Shown in pieces: positions 10,318-21,642 of a stretch of DNA of 64,000 nucleotides; position 1 is the stretch's first letter, and the number at the start of each line of letters is the position of its first letter. The notes beneath the pieces were generated by a model. It was not told where the DNA came from and searched no databases. It saw only the letters and a list, made by a program, of their open reading frames with translations. The position numbers were made by a program, and so were the translations under genes. Source of the DNA: Psammoneis japonica (taxonomy: Eukaryota). The stretch lies in the NCBI GenBank assembly GCA_008632985.1, contig QPGO01000001.1, positions 962,404 to 1,026,403 on the forward strand, written 5' to 3'.

Positions 10318-11940
10318 TGGTGCCGTTCTGTTGAATGTCTTGGCATGCTGCTCTCTGGTGATTTTTCCCTTTGTGAGATGTGGACTCAAGATGGCTTTCA
10401 AGAAGTTGTTCCATCACAAGAATGAGCATGTTGTGCTTGACCACACTCCAAGTTACATCTGTTTGCCTGGCAAACAGGGTTCTGACATTCTTGGCTCTTT
10501 TTGCATTGTGACCCTGCAGCAAAACTGCCATTTGGAGTGCAGCAAACCTCTCTGAGCTCCAATTTTGTGTCATGGGAATTTCATTTTTGGACACATCAAG
10601 CTGATTTTGATCTTTGATCATCTGAGCAAGAGCAGACATGTGAGGACTGAAATCATTGTAAACAATCGTGTTGACATCATTGTCGATTCAACGGACGCTT
10701 GTGCCATTTGTCAACGGCTGTGTGTTCCGCATGAAAGAGCAATTTCTTGGTCGAATGCATGATTTCCTTGTTCTAAAAAACCCGGGTGTGGCGCCCTGGC
10801 TGGATTTGGCGCCAAGACTGAACGATTTACTGGCCGGGTCGCGCCACAGGATCGATGAAGGGCTTTTTACCGAGCATTGCTCGGATTTGCCAATCTAGTG
10901 TCTCCCCAGGTAGTTCCTGTCCAGATTGGTTTGGCTGTGGGACTTCAAGACCAGACGACAAAGAAGACAGATGTGGTCAAGCGTTGGCGGTTCGCAGTGG
11001 CACGTGAAAAATGAGCGGTGGAGGGTGCAGGCGTTCCATCGGAGACTGGTGCAGCCAGTGGAACACGATCTGCGAAGTTGCGAATCGATGATGCCACATT
11101 GCATCCATACATGCTCCTACTGTGCACTCTAACTACTTGAAAATTACGGACATATCTATGAGCTGTGTTGTCTGCGCGCTTGTTGTTATCGACTCTTCCA
11201 ATTTTGGCTCAGCCAATTACCAGAAAAAATGAATGATCATCTGGCGGTTTTCTCCGACCTGCTTTCATCGTCTAATCAATGTTTTGGGAAGTGACCATAT
11301 AGGAAGACAAGAAAATTCTTATTATCATTATCATAAACTGCCTGCAAACTTGAGCCTTTCGTAATTATTGCGGTTATCGTTTGTTTTTACGTCTCTTTTT
11401 CCTGCCTCATTCCCACATGTTCACAGTGGAAAGTTGCATTTCAACGTCACGTTTTGCGCTACTAGCTACTAGCTACTAGAGAGGTATTTTAATAGATAAT
11501 ACGGTATTCAATCGTGACGGGATGCACATGCTGATTCTCACCATGCCCTCGCCAGGCGCCACGGCCAAACACCTCCAGCCGCCAGCTCCTTTCATTTCAC
11601 GTTGGAGAGACACCAGTCGGTCATTCTCATTACAACAAGCAACACCATGGTGTCAAACACAACTAGTTTTATAGTACCTGATGGTGCAAACCCCACAAGA
11701 GATTTTGGAGCTGAATTCCGTAAACTATGCAAACCGGTTAACCCTGTTAACCATGGCGAGTTCGAGGGCACAGTTTCAGCTCTGATCGAGGAGGCATCTC
11801 TGGATGAATCCGAATGCACCAAGCGATCTGCTCCAGTGGCTATTCAGCGTTGTCGTCGAGGGGGGAAGACGTTCATGCTTCATGCTGTCGCCAGTATGCT
11901 GGAGCGCTGCAAAGGTAATAGGCTCCCATTAGATACGATG
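10316..11940 (+). repeat. Copy A' of the ~1.62-kb duplication, continuous with the downstream gene
   Basis: Aligns with 4294-5916 and retains most TpA sites that copy A has lost. Confidence 0.95.
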
Positions 11941-13239
11941 ATCATCTTCGTATCCCTCAATAGCGTGACACCATACGCTCGGACCGAAGAGGCAGCCTGC
12001 GATGCCATCCTTTCTAGAATTGCGTGGGAGATCACCGATCGAACTGTGAAGTCCTTCATTAGTTTCAGACAAAAACACAGCGACTTTGGTGCTGTTGATG
12101 ACTGGCTGACGGACAAGAAAGTTATTCTCATCGTGGACGAGCTTAACATCATTCCTCACACCGCACCCCGGTACGATGATATGAGCGCACTTGTCGCCAA
12201 TATCGTCCAGCGAGTTGGATGCGCTTTGCTATACTCAACTCACAAACGTAGTGCAGCTGATTTGCTGAGAGGACGTGTCGCAAACGATTGTGATCTCACC
12301 TTGACTCGGCGCCGACACATTTGGAAACAAATTCCACGGATCGTGAATGAAAATTGTCTTCGTGGCCTTTACAAGGATCCGACGGAAGAGGCTTCTTTTT
12401 GGACTGCCGTCCTACGTGGGCGACTTCCTGCATTGGTCTTGCAAGATTCTGGAACGATTGCTGAATACACGGACGATATATTTCTGGACGATGATGGCAA
12501 AGACGAGCGCATCAAATGTCTCAAGGCTACTATTTCTGGTGACATTTCCTCCCTCGCCAACAACGCCCGCAATCTATTCCGAGCGTATTCTTACATGAGC
12601 GAAAGATTCACTCAAAGCAACTAAACACCTAGATATGCATGGCCTGCCTTCATGATTGCCCAAGAGAGAGTCCTGGGGAAAGACTACAGGCAGCTTACGG
12701 CCACTTTGCAGCACCCTAGTATTGATGAAGCGAAGGCCTTTGAAGCGCTTACCCAGCTGGCGATCCTTATGCGGTTGATGACTGGATTGGAACACGATCT
12801 TGTTCCTCGTAATAGCAAGGTCATTGCAGAGGCGGGTGTCGAGTCATTCGAAGCAACCGAGCTCTTCTATGTTGGGGTGGAGGCAACCACCGTACAACAA
12901 ATCGTTGCCTCCATTGATCGCCAGTTCGCTCGTCGGTGGAACGTCAAACTGGTGGCGGCGGTACCCCTCCTTGCTTCTTTTCCTGTTTATGATTTTTTTG
13001 TCTTTCACAGAATCTCTGACGAATGGAAGGCAGTGGCTGGCTATCAGTGCAAACAAGGCGGCAAATGCCCCAATGAAGACGCCGACGAAGGAATAGGTCT
13101 ATCTGTCTGGTTGGGAGGAAAATGCCGAAAGTATAAGAAAACACGGGGTGGCTTCTGTTGGGAGAAAGTAACCAAACGGATTGCTCGGTGTTTCAATTTC
13201 CGAAGCGCTCCCTCAAGATCCATCGACAGAATTCACTAA
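11647..13239 (+). pseudogene. P-loop NTPase plus C-terminal restriction-endonuclease-like domain (Crinkler-type architecture); in-frame TAA at 12622-12624
   Basis: Walker A-like 'RCRRGGKTFML', Walker B 'VILIVDELN', C-terminal 'YDFF...GYQCK' (D...QxK). ORFs 11602..12624 and 12652..13239 share a frame across one stop. Confidence 0.55.
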
Positions 13240-15599
13240 AGAGTGCGTTGCCGAAAAGTACATAGAGGAGCAGCAAGTTACGGGTGCGCCACCAGCCAAG
13301 AAGGCACGAGCTCCTGATGCCACATAGTGCTTCTATCAACTCAAGTAGCCAGCTACGAGTAGCTAGTAGACGACGTGGTGATAACAATTGTTTGCGTTCT
13401 ACTTTTTTGTTTACATTGTACTTTTTATTTAACCTGAGCAACAAAGTGGATCCAGGACGTCAAGGTGGACTCACTCGTATAATAAGGCATAACAACACCT
13501 CTGCATTTAGTTAGAGGATGGCGCAATCATTTCCCTTGCTGTTTGAAGCATCTGCTTGGCTGTTACAAGTGTTGGGATCGGCAGGGTTTATTTGAGCTCC
13601 TTCCAAGCTGCAGAATGTTGCCACCACCGGCTTCCACATAAAAGAAACCCTCAAGTTTTCCCCGCTCCTTCTTCTCCTGGCCTTCCATGCCACAAAATTG
13701 AGCAATGACTTTGCTGTCCACATGTTCCTTCCAGCTGGCACTGCTTTCGAAAACCTCAACAGTCTGACCCCGACATTCCCTTGCAAGCAATCTAGGCTGT
13801 TCCAACATGTTGACACTCTGATTCACCATTTTGATCTTCTTGTTTGCTGCCAACTCATGGACAGTGCTCACAGTCAAACAAAACACATCTTGAAAGTGGG
13901 AAAACAAGCAATTAACCTCCAATTTTCAAAGTGGGGCACTGAGAGGGATCATGGTGGCAAGAATGTGGCTTGCAATTGTCTGTTCTTCTTCTTTGGCAAT
14001 GGACAGCTGACACACTCTTTGCAAAAACAAGAGTTGGTTGGATGACCCTCTCCCCCTCCGCTGGCAACACAAAGCCACGTTTTTGATCACAACCCGGTCC
14101 AGCACTTGAGGAGGAGTGTGTCCTTGGGCATGTCTGTTCTGTTCTTTAATGTGCCTTCTAAAGTTGTGCAGGCACAGCACATGAGCCAGTCTGATGGAAT
14201 TTGATGCACAAGACAGAAACCCCCACCCTGGGCTTTTGCTCTGCTCAAAAATGCAGCGACCTTCCCTTCAGATCTAAAGAGCCCCTGCAGCTCAAATGTG
14301 CATTGCCATCACATTTGACTGAGCAGCAAAGGCATGAGTGTGGTCAACTTGTCCCAAAGCAAAACCAAGCACATTGTGCTTGAAAAACACGCAAGCAAAA
14401 ACAGACTGTGCTCTCCCCCAATGCCATCTTCTCACCCCTCTTTTGGTCAATGATGATGCCTCAAATGCAAATTTGTGCTTTGTGCTTCTTAAGATGTTCA
14501 CAAGAATGCTGTTTAATCCAATGAGCATCTGATGCTGGACATCATGTTTGTGCTCAAAAGTGCTGAGTCTTTTGGCACTAGAGCGAGCAAAAAAATTTTA
14601 GCGTGCATCAAATGATTGACCATCTTCAATTGTGTCACCTTCTTTTTGAGCACTTTTGAGTTAGAACAACATGAGCTGCAAGCAAACTTTGGTGCCAGCA
14701 GGCATGTCTACATTTTAAATTGGGTGAAGAACTGCATCCTGCAGGGAAACTGCTCAGCAGTTTCAGTGGTTGGTTGCAAAGCCATGCCAGCTGTCCATGG
14801 AATTCTGCAGGAGCCAAAAGGTGCTTCTTGGATGGAATGCTGTGGCAGACACAAGTTGCCGATGGCAGGCTGGCTAAATTGTTGTGCTGATGGTGGAACT
14901 CTCACCACTGAACAAGCATCCATCTTGCACACAATGTGATTGAATTTGTTTTTTTTTTTTTACACAAGTGAGGCAACAACAGCAGGGGCAAACAGCTTGT
15001 TAGAAAATTTCTTGCCCTGTTCAGTGTTTGGTCCAAGAAAGATGCACTCAAGACATGTGTCATGCACGTGTTTGGCACAATGGAGTGAACAGTGGATCAC
15101 TGCTCCACTCATCTTTTTCAGCAGCTCAGTTGGCAAAAACAAGTCTCTCGTGCATTGCATCTCTTGAGGTTGCCAGGAAAACTTGGGGACTCAGCAGTTG
15201 GGCCTGCAGACTCTCCTGTGCCTCTTGTGAATTTGGTTTCAGTGGCAGTCTCATGCACTTGTGAAGGCTTTTGCAATTGCAAATGGTGTGCCCAGATTTT
15301 CAACTGGTGCTGCAGTGTTTCTTGCATCTTTTGGCCAGTGGAAGATGAGCTGATCATTGGAAACTGCTGTTGGCACCAATCAGGTGCTTCTTTGAGTTGA
15401 GGACAGCAGGACTTTTGTGGTGCACATTCATGGAGTTGCACTTCTGTCAAAAAGCACTCAGCCTTGCTTGCAGAATGCCAGGGAATGGCACAGCTCCTGG
15501 GTTCTCCTCAAGAATTTGGGTGTGGCTGTCTCCAGTGACAAAAGTGGCACCCATGCTTGGCCCCAGTCATGCCCTGCAGGCAAAAGGCATTCAACAAAA

Positions 15600-17200
15600 C
15601 CTTGCTGAATTGGAGGCTTGAGTGCTTGGATCCTGGTGTGTGAGACAAATGGGTTGGTCATCTCAATCCAAGCTTTCACCCATCAAATCCACCAATTCAT
15701 TGTCATTGAGCCTTGTTGTTGTTGTCATTGGAGGTTCTTGTTCCATCATTCTTGGCAGTGAGTGTGCCACTTTGCAGTGGCTCTTAAGTGGAGCCAACAA
15801 TGCAAACATTCTGTGACACATTTTCACCATCTTTTTCTCTGTCCAACAATGTGCGTGCACATGCTCTGGTGTCTCTGCTGAGCATGTGTGCTCTGACAGT
15901 CATTGGTTCTTGGACCATTTGGACAGATCCAGCTGATGGTCATCTGCACTTCATTCATGCTGACACTGATGACAGCAGGCAAGGCAAATGTGACATGGGC
16001 ATTGCTTTCCTGGTTCAATCACCACCAGTTCATTGCACTCTTGCTCCATTTTCTGTTTGCCCAAGTTGCAGCTTTTGACTCTTGTCCACATGGCAGGAAC
16101 AAAGAGATTCTTGTGGGCCCATTCAGAAAAGGTTTTTTTTGCTGCCTCATCCTCCACAGCAAGCTGACCTGTTTGCATGGATCTGCACCTTGTGACAAAT
16201 GGACCTGAAGCCAATCTTCTTGTCTTTGTCATTTGCAGGCAAGAACATCCTGATGCTTGAACAAATGCTGGGTGTGCTTGGCTGTTGGCCAACTGGCGCT
16301 CAAACCAAGATGAGCCACCATGCTTGAATAACTCTGCTTGGTTGGCACAGAGCCATTGAGATGTAAATTTCCTTCCTGCTCCAAGACAGCACCTTGCGCA
16401 ACACTTGGGATTCCCACAATTGATGCTTCTTGGTGGCACTTGCAGCTTCAACGCATCTGCCTGGACTGTTGCCTTTGCTGACTCAAAAGCATTGTCCCAC
16501 TCACTCTTGGACTTGGATTCAATCACAGTTCAGAGGCAATTCTGGATTTGTGGGTGGTGCACTGGTCCAAAGGCTTTGTCTGATGGGAGCACTGTCACCC
16601 CTGGGAAGCATGTCATGATTGCTGTCATTGTTCTCACACCCCAATTCTGGGGAACAAACAAAGCCTTGAGTGATGTGTTGGTCTGCAAACACAATTTGGG
16701 TGTGCTGACAATCCATCATGGCTTTATTTTGACCCCTGACAAAAGCATCCATTGGCAGCACTTGTGGGCCTCTTTTGCACACGTGCTCTCTGTCACACAC
16801 TGGACTTTCATTTTGCAATCCCTCACTCATGAGGGCCAACATGTGGCCAACCTTGACAATTGCACTGTCATTTCTGACCATCATGTGGAAAAAGAACGTC
16901 CCAGTTCCCCCAATCACTTCTCATTGCATTTCCACCATCATCATCCAGAAAAGGGCATCAGGATGGCCAGTCTGGTCAAGTTTCAAATGGAAGTCAAGTG
17001 CAAACAGTTGTTTGTTCAGATCTTGCAAAAGGATCTGATTGACCCTCCTTCTTGCATTGTGTTTCTTGGCATTTTTCTTAGATTTGGTCTTGACAGTCAG
17101 AGAGTGGACAGCTGCAACACAGTGGAAGGTGTGAATGCTGCACATCATCCACTGTCACATTGATTCCAACTTCCTCACCAAATGCATTTGACATTGGATG
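15600..17200 (-). mobile_element. Heavily decayed MULE-like DNA transposase remnant
   Basis: Fragments 'QIVFADQHITQ', 'SKSEWDNAFESAK' and 'LHLNGSVPTKQSYSSMVAHLG' resemble the MULE DDE region (D...; ..aEq.hS). Many stops. Confidence 0.35.
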
Positions 17201-17453
17201 ATCAACTGGTGGAGTGTTGTTTGCGCATTTTTGAGAATTTGTTGCAGCATCCATGTGTTGTCAGAAGCTTTCAGTGGTTCATGCACCAAGTGCTGACAAT
17301 CTTTTTGCCACCTTTCAGACATGTCAAAAAGAACAGGGGGTCCCACAATTGTTGTCGCATGACAGCATGGGTGACCACAATTGTGACGGTGTCCACAGCT
17401 GCACTCGACATGTCCAGTGTTGGAACTTCACAGCTTTCCAGCTTGTCTGCGCT

Positions 17454-19357
17454 GGTCAAACCAATTCCAGATCTCACTGCATGGGTTGCAAACACACATC
17501 CAGTGCTGTCACCTTGCTGTTCTTGCACCAATGTTTTGCCTTGGTGCAGAAGTCAAAAATTGAGCAAAAAACTCATGTTCACAATGAAGCTGTGCACATG
17601 AATCCACCACGTCACTTTCAGTCATCAGCAATCTTTCACTGCAACATTGTCTGTCCATCCTCCCAAAGTCACCTTGATGCACCAACACACACCTTCACAC
17701 AAGCTGTCAAACATTGACCCAGTGTGCATTTGTCCAAGGAGGATGACAGTTGTGAACCATGCCACCCCACACCATGCCAACTGCTTCAGCGAGTGAAACC
17801 CATGGCTCTCATCATCCAACTCTGTCATCAAATGATCATTGTCATCCTTGAGCATGGGGCAATTGCTGCTGCTGACAGGCCCATCCTTGTGACATTCTCA
17901 GCTTTTGATCTTCTGTTTCTCTCATTGCACAAAACCAGTGCCTTCAGATTTCTTGTTGAGCCCGCACATGTCCAACACCTGCAGCACCTCTTTGGCCAAC
18001 TTGGAACAGTTTTCCACCCCCCAGTGAAAACTGCTGTTGTGGGTTGTCCAACATGCATCCATGTTCCTTTTGGCATGTCCCTTCCATTGGCAACACAGCC
18101 AACAGCTTGTTCCTCTCTTTCTCCTGGGTGTCATCAGCATCTGTGTTGAACCCATCCCCTTTTTTGGCACTTTCTTCTGGACAACACCACCACAGGATCC
18201 CTCCTCCACCATCTCAACAATGCTCACAAACCAATTGCAAACATCTTTAAGCACCTCTCCACTGTCTTGACAAATGAGCACCAGCTGCTTCCAAGCTTCA
18301 ACTGCTTGAATGTGTGAATGGACTCTCTCTCATTTTGCATCAAACAACATCAACTTGAGAATTTCCAGTGGCACGATTACGTCCCACTCCTTCATGACCC
18401 TTGCAAATCCAACTGTTCCTTCTTCAACCCTGTGTCAAACTGCCTTTGCACACTGTCACATGATTGTGCTAAATTCCTTTGCCTTCTGCATCTCATGGAT
18501 TGCTTCCTGTTTTAAATGGTGGCATGTTGTTCCCCCCAGATCACCTTGTCCTTTTCTGGTGGAGTCACGCTTGACGGAACATCCGGCTCCTTGGGTCAGT
18601 TCTGATCTTTCCTCAGAGACACCAGCATCTGCATTTCTGGTCCAAACATTCTTCCAATGTGCTCACTCATCTTCCTTGTGGTCTCTGTGAAACCATCTGC
18701 TTGTCAGTCCAACTTGGCAATGGCACCACACACCCACTCCTTCAAATCTACAGTGCTTTTGTGCTCAGTTGTTTCTTTGCCCACAGTTGGGTGTCTCCAG
18801 GAAACAACTCCACTGCCCTTTTGTCAGCAGACCCTTGCAGCTTTCTCTCAGCAAGGCCCCACAAGAGATCATCTCTTTGCCAGCCACTCCTTCATTGGAG
18901 CAACAAATCTGTCCCAACTCTTGTCAGTCCAGCAACCTTGAATGTCTTGTGCTCACACTGACCAAGTCTCATGTTCCCATCAACTCTCCAGCCTTTGTTC
19001 AGATTGCTGTCAACTTCCCAGCCTTCACTCAGATTTCCATCAACTTCCCAGCCTTTGTTTGGCTTCCTGTCAACTTCTCAGCCTTCACTCAGATTCCTGT
19101 TGACTTTCCAGCCTTTGTTCAGATTCCCCTTGACTTCACAGCCTTCACTTGGATTCATTCTTGGCTTCCCAGCCAGCCCTTTTTGACTTGTGTGTTGGAG
19201 CTTCATGGCTTTTTGACTTGTCTGCACATGGTCAAACAAATTCCAGATCTCACCACATGGGTTAAAAACACACATTGGGCACTGTCACCTTGCTGTTTGT
19301 CTCATGCCAACAACATGCCACTCTCGTGCAGAAGTCAACAAGTGAGCAAAAGACCCA
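17454..19357. repeat. Imperfect ~125-bp direct repeat pair (17454-17575 and 19230-19357)
   Basis: ggtcaaac.aattccagatctcac..catgggtt..aaacacacat....ctgtcaccttgctgtt...gtgcagaagtcaa.aa.tgagcaaaa present twice. Confidence 0.75.
18978..19156. repeat. 30-bp minisatellite, ~6 units
   Basis: Units resemble caacttcccagcctt(tgt/cac)tcagattcctgt and abut without unique spacers. Confidence 0.85.
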
Positions 19358-21642
19358 CAAAATGGAACTTTGAAGTGTTCATGCACAGAATCTTGTTGCC
19401 CAAGTAAAAGTCATCATTTAAAGTGTCAATGGTTTCAGGGGAAAATGATTCCTTGAGGCGTCAGCGGAGCCAAGAAGAGTGGCAGAAGCACGAGAAAAAA
19501 TCGGCCCAAACCCTGATTTTTATGATTTTTTCTACATAAAAATTCTGTGTGATTTTTGGACCAGTGCACATGGCTCATTGACTTTGGAAAATTTTGAGGC
19601 ATGGATTTGCAGGAACTCTTGTGAGTCCCCATCACTGATGATTGCATGGACTCATTTCTGTGGCCCTGAGTTCTGCCCCAACAAGCTTGGCATCCCTCCT
19701 GAAGAACCCAACAACAAGTCCACACTCACATTCATTTGGGAGGCAAATCTGCAGGATGATGAGTGTCTTCCCTTCTGCACACTCTTGCCACACACCAACC
19801 TTGCCACACACCAACCAACAGAACCATGCAGTTCTTGCAAGCAGCAATTTCTGGTGCAGCTTGGCTTGCATCATGGATCAGTGCACTGAGCTGCACTTGA
19901 CTGCATTGGTCTGATGTTGGCCAAGAGTCACAATCTTGGACTCAACAGTTTAGTCTGTCAAGATGTCAAACTCAACAAAGCCTTTGTTGCAGCTGCATCC
20001 ATTCACCAAGAAGGGGAGCACTGTCACTGTCATTGTCATTCAATGCAACAGACATGTGGTTGACCAAGGTGGGCATCATGTCTTCATCGTCAGCATCTTT
20101 GTCATCACGACACACAAGATCTTGGCAATTTGCATCATCAGGGTCAACAACAGAATTGTTTTTGGCATTGTCTCTGTGTCATCTGCCTGCAGCTCATTTT
20201 TTGTGTTGTGCTCAGTGATGGATGTTGTGACAGCAAGATCCTTTCACACCTTTGAGAGTGGCTGATGACCCTCTTTGGGAGGATGGCTTTTTTGGTGCTT
20301 CAGGAATTTGGATTGGACAGAGTGATGCAGTGAGGTGAATGACACAGGGACTCTCACCTTTCATGCAAGCAGTTGAGCAACTCATTGAAGGAAGACAACT
20401 TGCATGCAGAGACAGCCAACTGCAGTTGGGGCTGAATGCACTGCTCCTGAGACTGAGACAATGTCTGTTTGGTTGTGTGGTGTGCCAGGTGGCAAAGAGT
20501 GCCAGATCCAGTTGATGCAGTGGCACCCATCTGAAAATGAGCTTTTTTGTTTCTTCAGACAGTTGTGGCAGGGACCAAGTGGCATGTCCCCCCTCTTGTG
20601 GATGCATGTGATGTGTGTGAGCCCCACCGCCATGGCCAGACAACAAGCACAAGCACCCATTTTCCAAGCTGCTGAACTTGTGGAACTTGATCATTGGCTG
20701 CAAACAACAACGGTGCTCTTTGCACAGAGGGAGCACCGCTGTGGTGCACCTGTCATTGCTTGGCAATGCACAGCTGTGACTGAGCTTCTTGCCATTGTGC
20801 ATGGAGCAACAGGGCAAATTGCCAAATGTTTGGTGCGGTGGAAATGACTCATTGCCAAACTCTTTTTGCACTCTTCAGCGGGATGGTCTTTGGGTGCTTT
20901 GGCTTGTGTGCACCTTGTGATTGCAGCACTCAAAAATGCCATGACCCTGGTCACCTGCTGTTCATGGCAGCTGTGTTTTGGATGTCCTGTGTCAAGCCAA
21001 GATGTCCTTTGTTGTCAGGGGGGGGGGGGGGGGGGCATCTGAGGGCAAAACTTGACAAGTGTTCCCACCTGGTTCTTTTGTCAATTTGCATGGCCAGCTG
21101 AGATGCTGCCCATGAGCTGCTTTGATGGCCATGTCTGGAGCTCATCAAGAGATTTCTGATTTTTGCTTGACAAACGGGAGGCAGTGAAATCATGTTTGGC
21201 AGGTGAGTGTGCACCAGGTGCAGCAGCAGCAACATCTTAGTGCAAAGTGATGGAGTCATCATGTGATGCAGCGACAGTGCTCAGAAGCATCACCTCTGCA
21301 TGCAAATGACAAAGTAGCAACAACAGAGTGTGAGAAGACACATGCTGGGTTGGCAAACAATGGGGTGAAGCAGAGCTCACTGGCATGACAGCAAATGAGC
21401 CGTCTGGAGCAGCTGGCTGTGTCACAGCGCACCAGGTGGGTTCTCACTCTTTGTTTTACGTACCGACGTGCGACATAGGTGGAATCATAACATTCAGTAA
21501 TGAAGAAATAAAAAAAATGGCAACGGCAAATCGAAAATCGCGGATCGATCGCGTGTTCACCCGGTTCACCCGGTTCACCCGGCATCGGGACGATGTCAGC
21601 CACTCTGTCGACCCTCATGGCTATTGATCTCTACTCCCTTAG

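Noticed and set aside
4294..11940. Classical RIP (CA->TA) acting on copy A', or CpG deamination alone
   Set aside because: The TA-rich state matches intact genes and conserved Tyr codons, and CpGs survive next to converted TA sites.
18978..19156. 30-bp periodic repeat as a CRISPR array
   Set aside because: Units are contiguous with no unique spacers, there are no cas genes, and the context is eukaryotic.
13540..21450. Numerous overlapping Cys/His-rich ORFs as novel metal-binding proteins
   Set aside because: They result from TAA/TAG and Tyr codon loss in TpA-stripped DNA and occur in all six frames. The same applies to 56000-63000.
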